Assembly: GCA_013265495.1 (NCBI GenBank)
Contig: MU059523.1
Span: forward strand, 1,533,761 to 1,597,760
Reading direction: 5' to 3'
Source: Vicugna vicugna
Lineage: Eukaryota
Length of the DNA stretch: 64,000 nucleotides
Under the pieces are notes generated by a model that had not been told where the DNA came from, searched no databases, and saw nothing but the letters and a program-made list of their open reading frames with translations. Made by a program: the position numbers and the translations under genes. The stretch's first letter is position 1. Each line of letters begins with the position of its first letter. This document shows, piece by piece, positions 12,899 through 26,078 of this stretch.

Positions 12899-14473
12899 AT
12901 ATGCTAGCTCTGAAGGAAGTAGCTCTGGAAGTGTCTGTAACAGCAACTGCCCCATTGGCATTCACAACTGCTTCTGAAGACAGTCAAATCTTCAGAAGAC
13001 TAACATTCCTTCACATAAAGTAAAGTGGTATGTTTACTAACGGAAAAGTCAATCACTGTATTTTATATATAGTGATTTTAAATTAGTTTATATACCTGAT
13101 ATAAATTTCACTTGTTTATATACATTATATTTTAAGTTAAATCATATAATGAAGAATCAATTATTATAAATGCCTAATTTTCCTTTCTTTGATACAGATT
13201 TAACACTAATCTTAGCTTACAAGAAGTGACTGAAATAATCTTTTAGGTCTTAAATTGAAAGAAGAAGAAAATAGTCTGTTTTAGAGGGCTGAAAGGGACC
13301 TCAGAGATTTAGTTCTGTTTACAATTTTAAAGGCAAACCATCTCGCCAACAAAGAAAGTCTTATATGGGAATTCAAAATATATAAATAGATTAACTGACA
13401 TTGTTAAAATACTTTATCATGTACTGCTAAATCACTCTAAAGGCAACCAATAAGAACATGCCTGTTCTGATAACTCTCTCAAATGCAAATATTTATGGAT
13501 GACAGTTGCAGTCTTAAATGTGCCAATATCTACCTTATGTCTTAATTTTGTTTTGATTGTGTATGTTGAAAAATTCTTATAAAGGTAGGTAGAGGCAATC
13601 ATTAACAAGTTTGGATTTTATGTTGATTTTTTAAAATCTTAGGATATTCTTCAATAAAAATAATTTACCTTAAAATCTTAGGATATTCTTCAATTAAACA
13701 GAGACAACAAGATTTAGCTTTGAGGTCCATACTTTCAAAAATGATCCTGGTAGATGAGTAGACTTTAGTGTGTTAAAATTTCAGATGCAAATCAAATGAC
13801 TATGTTTTTCAGTTTAAGAATTTAAATATTTTTTTAAATTAAATTTAAATAATAAATTTCAAGAATTCCTATACACCAGCAAGCTCCTTCCACTCTCTGA
13901 TTCCACAGTTGAGGAAATGGAGGAATGGAGTCAGTCTTGCCCATCATTTCACAGTGAGAGGCCAGTTTGTTCTGGGATTGAAACCTAAGTCTTCAAACTC
14001 TCTGGTCAGCATCCTTTCCCCAGCAGTGCTAGTTCTCTTAAAGGAGCCCCGAAATAACTGGGCGGAGTAAGTAGAAGGTTAAAGCGAACACAGTAGTGAA
14101 TATGAAGATCAGCATTCACAGCTCAGAGTTCCTTCCCATTCAGAGGATGTTAACAGCAATGGAGTTTAGGTATACATTTCCTATTTTCCAGATGTGTATT
14201 TTTCTATATTTTCACATCCCTTAGGATATGTTTGCAGTCACAATGAAATATAACATAGAGGTTGTATTTCCATGGTTAACAAAAATCATATATAAGACTC
14301 CAGCTCTAAACTTTTTATTGTTTAAATATATTTAAAAGGATATTATATTAAGAACATGTTTGAGTCAAAAAAGCACTGTTTGCTAATAGACAAGAACACT
14401 TCACAATACTATCCTCAAAATCTACACAAAATTTAACTTAAATTGTGAGTAATTATGATCATTTGTCACTGAC

Positions 14474-14527
14474 CTTTCTCTACCAATTCTCTGTTCAATG
14501 GAAGATCTAAATTTCCTTGTCGTTTTG
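14474..14527 (-). CDS. NADK2: NADK2 exon 10
   Basis: caatag|CA AAA CGA...AAA G|gtcagt. (A)KRQGNLDLPLNRELVEK. 54 nt. Confidence 0.97.
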
Positions 14528-14666
14528 CTATTGAAAAAGGAAAGGGGGAAAACATCTTGATTAAATAAAATATTCTGTAACATATAATATAGCTAACATA
14601 CAATAAAATACATATATGACATAGGATATTATAATTATAAAATATAGTAGCTATCTTGTCACTCAC

Positions 14667-14722
14667 CAATATTTAGAACATCTTCCACAGCCTGAGTTGC
14701 AACCCTGTTAATATTGAATGAC
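14667..14722 (-). CDS. NADK2: NADK2 exon 9
   Basis: tttctag|G TCA TTC...ATT G|gtgagt. (W)SFNINRVATQAVEDVLNI. 56 nt. Confidence 0.98.
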
Positions 14723-14789
14723 CTAGAAACAAACACCACATACACTTTAAATTTTAATTCTAAAAACATACTAAAATGAAAAAGGAATA

Positions 14790-15510
14790 ATCCACATAAT
14801 GTACAAAGAATTCTTATAAATTATCGAGGAAAAAGCAACCAAAAGACAATAACCATGTCACACAGTTTTAAAAAGTGGGCAAAGTATGTGGGCAAACACC
14901 TCATGGGCCTACATTAAAAAATGTTCACTCTTACTCATAGTTGAAGAAATACAAATTAAAACAAGATTTTTCTCAGATTTTAAGAAGTAAAAACTGGTAA
15001 GTAATGCATTGACAGCGTATGGGAAAAGAAGTATTCTCATACACTTATGGAATTACAGAAACCACAATTGGAGGGCAATTCTGCAATGCCAACATTTAAA
15101 ATGAGCATATTCTTCAATCTAGTAGTTTATTCTAAAATACACTTGCACATACAATATGCAAAGACAAGAAAGGATATTCACTGAAGCATTATTTATAATA
15201 GCAAAACAACCAGGAAGCAAAAATAATAGCAAAACCATAGTAAGCTGGTTAAATAAATTATATTATAGCTACTCAGAGTATTATGTAGATATTAAAAAGA
15301 CTAAAATACAACTATACGTAATGATACAGAAAGATACCCATATGTTAAAAAACCAAAGGCACTATATGATATACATAAATAAAACTTCCTTATTTTATTG
15401 ATATTAAAACATTATACACATATTGAGTGGTTGTGTCTCAAGATAAGTACTAGAAATTAAAATGAGAGACTAGCTTTTCATTGTATACCCTTTTGTACTA
15501 CTTAACATAT
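14790..15510 (+). mobile_element. Old L1 (L1ME-like) ORF2 3' end/3' UTR fragment
   Basis: aaaaagtgggcaaag..., ggatattcactgaagcattatttataatagcaaaa (remnant of the L1 ORF2 C-terminal 'FTAALFIIAK' pattern, visible in track ORF 15156-15401). Confidence 0.7.
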
Positions 15511-17872
15511 TTTTAAAACGTGTATTTCTTTAAATTATAAAGTAGTTCTTGAAATGAAAAATCTTTTACCAGTATGATGCCTTGCTTAACCACAAGAAAA
15601 AATGTTAACATAAACATGAATGTTTAAAAGTAGCTCTGTGCTGGGGTCCAAAAACATGGTTAAGGAAAGGCTTAAAAACAAAATCTTCTAGGAATTTAGA
15701 ATTCTTCTGTCTCATAACTCTTCTCACATGGACTTAGTAGATAATTCCAACACCAGGAACAACACTGCATCGTCACATCACTCTAAACCTCATTCAGCGG
15801 CTTTTAATACTTTTGAGGAGGAGGAGTAAGAGATACTGTGTATACCCGTCTAATCCTATACCCTCCAAAAACATTTGGACGTTCTCTTAAGAAAAATGCA
15901 GACACACAAAATTTCACATTAAAAAATTGAGGTCATTCACAGATCATGTCTGTATACTGGAGACAGATCTAAAATCTGGCCCTTGCCTATCCTATTTTTC
16001 CACCTTTATCCACCCTCCAGTTTCACATTCCAAACACCGCAAGCTCATTCAGCCTCCGTACTTTTGCTCATACTTAGTATGTGGTATAAGGCAAAATACT
16101 CTGAGTGTGCTGACTTTCTTACTGCTTAGCACGAGGTTCCCAATACCGATCTCATTAGCATTACTGTCACACAAGATGTAAGACACTTAGGGCACTACCT
16201 GGCTCAAGGCAAGAGCTCAACACTGAATGAAAATGTCAAATGCAAGGAATATGTATGAGTCATATTCTATTTTCTCTGAATATATGCACCACTGAAAGAT
16301 ACTGTTTTGGAATTCTATTTTAAATGAAAAGTCACAAAAACAAACTGTTTATTAGGGTTCCACTGAGTTAAAATATATACAGGGCAAAAGATATTAGTGA
16401 TAATATCTCCTTACTACAGTTAGTCAATATTAGAGCAATTCATAAGACTTACTCTAATATTCCTAGAACTTATTAGGGACACCGCAAATCAGCAGAAACT
16501 AAGTCCTCTAAATTGGGGTTAAATTAAAACTAATTCCTGTGGCTGTAATCTGAATCTCAGCCAATTCACTCTAACGGTTTACATTCTACATCAAAGACAA
16601 ACCATATGCCAGAGCAGATGTCAGCTAGCACACAACAATTTTTTCTGCTTAGATCTACAAACTTCACCATTCTGAGTTCCAGTTTGAAATTAGACATAAA
16701 TTCTATTAAAGACTAACAACTTGAAAGACAAAGAGAGTCTCATATCCTCACCAGCTAGTAAAACTCTTACTTAAGAACACCTCCTCACCCTTAATTACGT
16801 CTGCCAGGACGGAGTGTATGGAGGAGGACTGGGAACAGCCTCAGGACTGGCTGGAAACGTAAACGATCCCCCTCCGCAGTGCTTCCCCTGGTGTACGCTG
16901 CAAGCGACAGTTCACACTGGGAAGGGCACAGAGGTGACAATGCAAAAATTCAGACACCTGCTATGCAACACAGCCCCTACATCCTATGTCTTGTGGAAGA
17001 ATTTTTCGAAATGCAAAGATGAGACAGCTAATCCCCGAACTCATTTTCCCCACCTGGCACATAATTGGGCTGTATTTTCCATCCCTTCTTGCCATATAAC
17101 ACATAACAAAGTTCTAGCTAAAGGCATGAGAGTGGATATCATGGGCAACACTTCTAATCAAGTCTCATAAGCCTCCCACAAGGGACCCTCCATGCTTTTC
17201 CTCCTTCTGTGGCTCAGGAGTCTACAGTTTGTCCAGAATTTAAATCCTACCTTCACCATTAATTAGCCACTTGTCTTTGGGCAAGTCAGTTAACTTCTGA
17301 GACTTTTTATATTGTTAATAAAAGTAAAATCACCTAATTTCAGAGTATTTTTGAGACTTACTAGTGACAAAGAAGTGCTCAAAAATGGTAGTGCTATAAA
17401 TTGAAATCATTAATATACAGAACATACAGCTTTCCCTCAGCACCCTGGACCCTAGGCTTCTCTTTCCTCTCTACTTTCTGAAGAGAAAAAGGATCAAAAG
17501 ATAAATGAGAAATGAAATCATAATCAAAGAATTATCAGTAGTGAGAGGGAGGAGAGTAGAACATGTCAGAAGCAAGCACGCTGCACAGGGCTGAGCAGAG
17601 AGGGAAAGGGACTGCGTAACCAAGGGGGCAGAGGCAGGACACAGAGAGACAGACACAGTGAGCTGGTTCTACACTACAGCACAGCAGACATGGGAGCCTC
17701 TAACAAGCAACAAAGAGAAGACTGAACTTCTAATCTAAGCCATATTTAAATGCAACATCAACACAGGATTCAACTACACAGTGTGTGGCAGAGGAAATAA
17801 AACTCCATTTTAAACAATCAAACTGAAGGTCTGATAAGCACTGCTTTAGCTGTGTTTGTGTACATGGCGTCA

Positions 17873-18860
17873 TTCATTCAAAAGTATTTGAGTGAGTATG
17901 TATTAAGTACTGTGCTATGCACACAAAAAGTTAAGCAGGAAAAAAATCACTAGTCACCATCCCTGTGCCTCAACTTGCTCAAACTAACTGGGTATGAGCT
18001 TATCAGAAAGTACTAATGTGCTAAGTGCTGTAACAGTGCTATGAGGAAAGAGTGCTGAGGAAGGACATAAAAAGGGAGTAATTAAGTAGGCTTATAAAGG
18101 AACTAGGTCCTAGTAAAGATTTCCTATAGAAAATGACATTTGAAGACTGGATTTTTCAGCCAGTGGATGGAAAGTAGAGAACGTTCAGGTATTCAATGCA
18201 GGAAGAAGTTGCATTGAGCAAAAACAAAAAGCCCAGACAGAATATGGCTTGCGTTGAGAATTGTAAGCAGCTGGCCGTGTTGCTAGCGTGCAGATAGGTT
18301 AGAGGTCGGGCAGGAATAGGCTGGCAAGGAAGCTTAGGTCACATTTGAAGGGCCTTATGTAACAACCTGAGTAATCTGAACATAGTCAGGAGTCAATGAA
18401 AGCTTTAAAGCACACAAGGGAAATAGTGAGACATATCTACATTTCGGAAATATTGCTCTGTGATAGACTGAATGACAGCCTGAAGAATAAATAAAGGGTG
18501 AAGCACAAATACTCACTCAAAAGATGGGGTACTATTCCAAAGAAATAGCAGAAACTAGGGGGCTAGGACTTCAGAAGTACAACTGATAGGATTTAGAAAC
18601 TGGTGTGTGTAGAGGGGAGAACAGGGAGACTCAAAGATAAGAGCAAGATTTTAGAAAGTAATGTGTTTTCTCTAGAATACAAAGTCAAGGTTAACAGTGA
18701 CACCATTAAGACAGGGAACGCAGGAAGAAACACTGATGACAATAAATTCAGTTTTGAATGTGTTGAATCTGAATTGCTATTAACATCCTATGTAGTAGGT
18801 AATTTTAGAATATGAGTTTGTACTCAAGAGAGAAGACAGCTACAGATAAAAGTTTGGGAG
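17873..18860 (-). mobile_element. L2 fragment
   Basis: Starts ttcattcaaaagtatttgag...actgtgct (antisense L2 3' end). Contains typical L2 segments such as aataaattcagttttgaatgtgttgaatctga. Confidence 0.7.
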
Positions 18861-19315
18861 GCACGTGCATGTGTGTACTGAGAAGCAGAAGAGACTTTCC
18901 AGAGAAAGGTCACAGGATAAACAAGTTACAGGATGTCCCTGGTTATTGCCAGTTAGGGCTCGAATACACAAAACTCCAGCATATTTTTGGTATTGTACTT
19001 TGTTTTCATTTCTTTACTATTATATAAAATATTCATTTTTAAAAAACACATAGTCCCTAAACACATTCTCATTTTCTTTTTTCCCATTACAAATCCAGTG
19101 CAGAAAGCTAAATAATGACCAAATCCAGGCTGCAGCTATAATCTAAGAAGTCAAAGCTGGACTCCTGGACCCAACTGATGAGCCAACCAGCATAACAACA
19201 CCAGGCTACCTCTTGGGTATTAGAGGCCTTAGATACACTGATATGAGACATCAAGTAAATTACATTACTTAAAGCATTTCACAAAAGTTGATAAGGAACA
19301 TCCCAAGTTACTCAC

Positions 19316-19411
19316 CAGGCCTTTGATCCCGTTCCAGTACACAAATTAAGCCCCGAACTCTTCTGTTTTTCCCATGGACCATCATCAACTGAAATTTCGT
19401 AGTAGGAAGCC
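19316..19411 (-). CDS. NADK2: NADK2 exon 8
   Basis: tttatag|G GCT TCC...GCC TG|gtgagt. ASYYEISVDDGPWEKQKSSGLNLCTGTGSKA(W). 96 nt. Contains the TGTGS segment. Confidence 0.98.
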
Positions 19412-20681
19412 CTATAAATTGAGAATATAAAACTGGATCTGCTGAACTTCTGTCTCATGGTAAATAAGACAAACACAGTCTTTTTCAGAGCTGATGAAAT
19501 CTAAGTAGGCAGCTTAACTTAGACATACCTGATTTAACACGCACACACATTGTGATGGTGATTCCAATATTGAGTAAGTAAAAGAAAACAAACAAACAAA
19601 AAAAAACCTTTTTTAAAGTTTGCATGTCTGCCTCCCTCTCTGACCTATATGCTCCTTTCTATCAATACTTCAACATTTCAAACAGGAGCTTCTTATAAAT
19701 TTTTGCTGCTACTGCTTTTATGGAAACATACAGAGCCTTATCTCAAAATTCAAAGAGAAAATATCATTTCTAGGTGAGTTTCATTCTTGGTAGCCAGCCC
19801 TTGATATATCTAAATCTGTATCTAATCCTTTAAGTCACCAATAGTTCCTGCTAAACTCTTGTTTCTTATGTTACATACCAATGTGCCTTTGAATTGATAG
19901 TAAGCTAGGAGAGATGATAAAGTTCTAAAGAAAATTCTCAACCAGTCCTGGATCAGTGGACAAAACTATTAGAGTATTTCATAAATATGGAATCAAATGA
20001 GTTTTCTGACACCAGCAAAAATGACACTATTCTTTAACTGAATGAATGCATAAACGATTTGCAACTATTCAAAGAAATTTTGACACACGTAAAAGCCTAT
20101 TTTGTGAGCTATATCTTAAAATAACTGTGTCACTAATCAACACTGGGTTACTTTTCTACAGCAAATTAAAAAATTAAAATAATCCCTTAACGAAATACAT
20201 CTTTTCAAAACAATGACAATTATTAGATATGCTTGCAAATACTAGCACTCAATGGATAATTTAGCTCTTATTCTAACCCTTTCAACTTCTGCCAAGCTCT
20301 TAATCTGTGAAGGTTTTATATGATACAACTCTGTCATTTTCTCTCTGAAGTCAGCGTTCTTCATAAAAATAAAAGATAACAAGCCTGATATTCACATTTA
20401 GCCTATTTCATAGCCTTGTTATTTCCTCCTGGAAAATAAGAAATTTTAGGTACATTAGGAGCCTATTATACACAGACAAGCCAGCCAAATCCATAGGGAT
20501 GGCTGCTATTATGACAGAATCACACGGAAACAAGAGATTAGGGGTAAGTGGGGATAGAAGAGAAGCAGAGGTGGAGAAAAGGAAAGGTCCAGTCAGGTGA
20601 GAGATGAACCCAAAACAATGAGCAAATTTAGTGTCATTCTCACATGCAAGTTTATCAAGATTAGTCATAGTCAACTCATAG

Positions 20682-20821
20682 NNNNNNNNNNNNNNNNNNN
20701 NNNNNNNNNNNNNNNNNNNNNNNNNNNNNNNNNNNNNNNNNNNNNNNNNNNNNNNNNNNNNNNNNNNNNNNNNNNNNNNNNNNNNNNNNNNNNNNNNNNN
20801 NNNNNNNNNNNNNNNNNNNNN
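20682..20821. other. Sequence gap (140 N)
   Basis: Run of N in the sequence. Confidence 1.
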
Positions 20822-20984
20822 GAAAAAAAAATTGGGCTTTTAAAATGTTCTTAAGTTTAAGAACATTATAAATGAGGCAGGAACAATATTGCTGCAGTTC
20901 ATATTTTCCAAGCAAAGCACTTAAGTTTTCAGGAAGACTAGAATTCTGTTGTATGACACACTGAAGAAAAGCACAGGCTTACCC

Positions 20985-21640
20985 TGGCTTTGTTATTTAT
21001 TAACTGTGTGACTTGGGGCAAATTACTTCGGCTCTCTGAGCCACAGACTTCCCTATAAAATGGAGATAATGAGAACATCTGGCAGGACCCATCAGCATTT
21101 ATTCATTCCATAAATATTTATTAAGTGCCTAATATGTTTTAATAAACACTGTGCTAGGTACTGGGGACTTAATGGCAAACGTAATAGACAGTCTTCTTGA
21201 AGCTTCTATTCTAGTAGGTAGGTTAGAAACTTTAAAGTAAATAGTAATTACCATCTACTGAGGGTGCTGTTTATTGCTTTAAGCAATAAGCAAGATACTA
21301 TGTAAGAAATAATACAAGATGGCCTCAAGATAGCATTGCCAGTAGGAAAGCTTGCACAAGGAAGCAGCAGTTTAAAAAACAGGCAATACTTCACAAGTTT
21401 TATTCACAGTAACTCAATACAGGATCTGAAATCAGAAATGCTGGGTTTATATGATAGTTCTGATGCTAATTAACTAATTACATGACCTTGGGAAAATTAA
21501 TCCAAATCTCAATTTTTTCACTGATAAATATAACTAACTACCTTTCTTACAGAGTTGCTATGAGGCTACATACGATAACATACACATATGCACAGTGCCT
21601 GACGTAGCAGGCATCCAGCAAATGCTCATTTCCTTTTACT
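20985..21640. mobile_element. Cluster of MIR and L2 fragments
   Basis: MIR cores (ctgtgtgacttggggcaaattac...ataaaatggagataat; catgaccttgggaaaatta...) flank an L2 end (ttcattccataaatatttattaagtgcct). Confidence 0.65.
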
Positions 21641-22339
21641 AAGGGTCTATGTCAATAAAACTTTAAAAATAAGTTCTAATATTTCCAGTAGTTAATTAAA
21701 CCTTTTTCAGTAGCATCAGAAGCCAACCCATTGCTGTCCTTATCTTAGTAAAGATATAAGGTGAGGCATCAAAGACCACAAAAAGAACCAGCATCAGATA
21801 TTAGGGGTAAACCAACCAAATCACTACTGCCACAGAAGATAAAAGCATTCTATCTAAAAATCTCCTAATGGGATTTCACTAAATTCCCAAAGTCTATCAA
21901 CCGATCCCAGTTCTCTTCCTTTTGTAAGTTATTTTTTAGTAAGTACAAATCATAAAGCAATGCTAGTGCAAGCTCTCAGAAGTTACAACCTTTAAGATAC
22001 ACAAACAGAATAATGTAAGCCATTAAATGGCTTCCCCAGAGTTAAGTATAAACTCACAAAACATCTTTATCTTTATCATCTACGTATTTTAATGTAGACT
22101 TTCTCCAATCTCATTTTAAAGTTGTTGCTCTCTTCTGTCCAATGTCCTTAGCAATAATGACTAGATTATATCACTAATTAGAGTTACATTTCCCTCCTTC
22201 TCTCTTATGACATAAATGTATCCATTATTCATTTTCATATTGCTTCAAAATTGATATGCAGCAAAAGCAAAACCTTTATATATAGCATAAGTTTTACTAT
22301 ATTAAAATAAACATCTTTATATTTTTATATTTTTGTATA

Positions 22340-22380
22340 TATATTTTTATTGAAGTACAGTCAGTTTACAATGTTGTGTC
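22340..22380 (-). mobile_element. Very short L1 3'-tail (camelid-like)
   Basis: tttttattgaagtacagtcagtttacaatgttgtgtc. No clear TSD. Confidence 0.55.
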
Positions 22381-23815
22381 ATCACTTTACTATATTTTTA
22401 AGTCCTTTAAAAATATTTTTTTATTTGATTTCTTTGAAGAATACATTTTAGTTTTAATAATTTTTAATGATGTATTTTATTTACTATCTTCCAAAAAACT
22501 AAGATACCACTACCTTTATCTTATACATCTTTACATCCCATAGAGGGTGCTCAATATATTTTATTGATAAATTTAAAATTACATGAATCAAAATAATTAC
22601 AACAACACAAAAAGCATTCTGTTGAATCAGGCTTTGTACTTTTCAGTACCACCTGAATTAAGTTATTGGCTAAAATACGGCTTTTTTAAGACAAACTTTT
22701 CTCACCCATAATTAAACTTCCTATAAAATGATATAACTGATGATAAATAGAATATATGGAACTCTCAGTAAACTAGGGGATCATTCCATGACCTTCAAAG
22801 GGTCATGTGGTTCTGATAGCAGGAAAGTAGGGTACAGATTCATCTCTAACCCTCACCCCTAATTTACCTACATCTACAAAAATGAGAATGAAAGTTCTAA
22901 AGTACTACCAAGAATCATATTAACTTTACATTATGGAAATCATTTTATAACTGGTAACTAATGTCACACAAAGTTTTGCAAAAAATTCTACTGACAATTT
23001 AAGCCTAATTTATATTCAATACTCACAAAACAGATTTTATCAATAAAACACATATTATATTTCTATATTCCTAGTGAAGAACTTCACTGACCTTAATTTT
23101 TGGTAATAAGGGTTACAAATCTTAAACTATCAATACACTTGCCTTTTATTACACTAAGAAGGATCAGTATTACCTATGCAGTAGTCCTGCCAAAAATGCT
23201 TAGTCCTAATCTTATGCAGAGAAAAAAAATCATACAAATTCAAAATAAAGAACATTCTGCATAAGAAATTGGTTTAGACCATTCAAAAATGTTAATATCA
23301 TAAATGACAAAACAGGGGTGGGGCTAACGAATTGTCCTTAATTCACTCTAAGGGCCATGATGGCCAAATGCATGATCCTTAACTGGATCCTGGATTAAAA
23401 CAAGCAAACAAATAAATCAGCTTTAAAACACTATTAAGAGAGTTAGTAGGGAAATTTTAATATGGACTTTTTATAAGATCAAAGTTTTACATCGATTGCA
23501 AACATATCATTCTCATAGACATTTATAAAGGTCCTATACGATAGATTAAAGGCTCTGGGAAACACTGCAGTAAAGAAGTCTGAATAACTTTGTTTATCCT
23601 AGGGTTTTACAAACATTTTTGGTAATAAGGCCTTCTTTCCTCTTTAACATGTAATAATATGTACAGAAGTTTGGAAATATTTCATTAAATAATTCATTTC
23701 TATTATTTATGCAGTATTAATTATTCACAAATCTTAGGTTGTATAAGTTGAATAAATAGCATAAAAATTACTAAAATATTAAATTTCAAACTCAAAATCA
23801 CAGGTTTAAAAGTAC

Positions 23816-23894
23816 CTGGATGATAGACTCTCCCCAATGAAGACTTCATTTAGTGCTCTCACTGGCAAAAGCTGGGGTCCAGAAGCCTCAAACC
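23816..23894 (-). CDS. NADK2: NADK2 exon 7
   Basis: tctgcag|GG TTT GAG...TCC AG|gtactt. (R)FEASGPQLLPVRALNEVFIGESLSS(R). Contains the NAD-kinase NE motif. 79 nt. Confidence 0.97.
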
Positions 23895-24751
23895 CTGCAG
23901 ATAATGAAAACAACAACAAAAAAAATTCAAGATGTAAACTTTAGAAATATTATCATATAAATTTATAAAATATTAAAGTATTCATATTTTTGTCTTAACA
24001 GAATCTATACTTTAACATTATTAACATCTAAATTAAATATCTCTCATTTAAAGTATTCACAATTTAAACCCTCAAAATCACCTAAACATTATAGCTGCAA
24101 CGAAGCCTCTGTCTCTCCAAAATAAACCTTAGTTCTCCTTGAAACAATTCTTCAAGAGTGATGAAATATATTTATCCATAGCATAAAATTCACGTTGTCA
24201 AAATTGACTTAGTTTTATTCTGGAGGCTTCAGAAGTAGAAATGATCAAGTACTCCAAAGAAGAGCCATTTTGGATTTAAGCAGCAAGTTACATGGATGGT
24301 TCATGTTGGACACCAAATGAGTTACTTTAAAAATCAGATTTTTTTCAAACAGAAAAATCTGAGTGTTTTTTAGCAATGGCAGCAGTGGAGAAACAACCAC
24401 ATCTCCTTTTATGACTCCAAAAAGAAGTCATCTTTTTTTTACTCTATAAGGTTGTACGCACAGCTTAAGTAATCTTCCTTCATGATTATTTAAACATCAT
24501 TCCGTCACACAAAATCCTCCAAAGAATTCCCACTGCTTTCTGTATCAAACTTGTAATTGCCACCTTCAAATGGTTTCTCTTATCTTTCACCAGTCTCCAA
24601 CTGGAAATGCCAGCCCCATCTTCTCAACGTCACCAATAGCAGATTCATTGCGCCCATGTATCTCCTGTTGGGCAAGCACTATGGGACAAATTCCCTTTTC
24701 TGTCTCCTTCCCATTTTTTCCTAAGTCAAAGCTTAAAAGTCCACTTCAATT

Positions 24752-25235
24752 CTGGCAGCTAGCCTTAATACGGTCCCCAGGGAGTCCCGCCTCCTGGTAT
24801 TCACATTTTTGTCTAACTCTCCCTCTAATGTCATACCAGGATTGGTCTATGGGACCAACGTAGGGCAGAAGTAATGATACATCACTTCAAAGATTCAGTT
24901 AAAAAGACTTCTACATTGGTCACTCTCTCAGATCACTTGCCCTGGGGGAAGGTACTTTATGAGCAGTCCAATGGAGAAGTCAACATGTGAGGAACTGAAG
25001 CCTCTTGCTAACATACACATGAAGGGTTGTGAAGCAGATCTTCCAGTCCCAGTCTTGTCTTCAGATACTGCTGTCCCTGCAGACAGCCTGTCACCTCCTG
25101 AGAAACCCTAAACCTGAACTAACATGCTATGCCACTCCTGGATTCTTGACCTTCATAATCTCTGTGAAATCATAATAATTATGTTTTAAGATACTAAATT
25201 CTGAGGTAATTTCTCATGTTTTAAGATGCTACGTT
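24752..25235 (+). mobile_element. MLT1 (ERVL-MaLR) solo LTR, MLT1F-like
   Basis: cccgcctcctggtattcac...ggcagaagtaatg...tcacttc...gaggaactgaagcct...cttcagat...ttttaagatactaaattctgaggtaattt. Confidence 0.7.
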
Positions 25236-25822
25236 TCAGGGTAAAGTGCACAGGTATCGAATACACATTAGACACTTAGTACACTAAAAAAAACTTTCCA
25301 CCATTGTCACCAGCACAACCACTGATCTAATATTCTCCTCTGACTTGTGACCTATTACATTCTTTTGTTTATACGTTTATTGAACATTGATTGCATGTAT
25401 CTCATTTCTTTTGGATTATATCTGCCTAAAGTTGCCCAACTATTCTTTTGATTACACCAAGTTACTACGATACCAAAGAACTTTTGAAAACGTATTTGAC
25501 CAAATTATATAATGGGTTAACCTTATCAGCTAAATCTCAGAATAATATAGTAGAAAGAACTTAACAGAAAAAGGTATATAAAAAATTTGATGTCTTTAAT
25601 CAAATCTGATTTACTTAAAACTGCAAAATCTAACTTTCGGAACTGCCTTAATTTGGTACTAGATATATTCACATTTTCATACCTGACAAGTTTTATAAAT
25701 TAAATAGCTAAAATTTATTGTTTAAATTATTTTTCTTTACATAGGGTAATTACTAATGGAATGTTTTACATCTCCCCACAGATTTTCTGCAAATGCTCAA
25801 CTAACATTAAGTACTCACTAAA

Positions 25823-26078
25823 ATTTTTTTTTTATTGAAGTGTAGTTGATTTACAATGTTTCAGGTATATAGCAAAGTGATTCAGTTATACATATACATA
25901 CATATATATTTATTCTTTTCAGCTACTTTTCCATTATGTTATTACAAGAAACTGTGCTATACAACAGGTCCTAGTTGTAGTTGTTCGTCTATTATATATA
26001 GTAATGTGTGTCTGTTAATTCCTAACCCCTAATTTATCCCTCCCCACCCTTTGGTAACCATAGTTTGTATTCTTTGTC
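25823..26078 (-). mobile_element. 5'-truncated cetartiodactyl-type L1 3' end with 13-bp TSD
   Basis: ttttattgaagtgtagttgatttacaatgtt...ccctttggtaaccatagtttg, flanked by agtactcactaaa at 25810-25822 and 26079-26091. Confidence 0.85.

Noticed and set aside
14466-14669. 67-aa ORF ending IAKRQGNLDLPLNRELVEKGQ as a separate gene
   Set aside because: It is intron 9 read into NADK2 exon 10.
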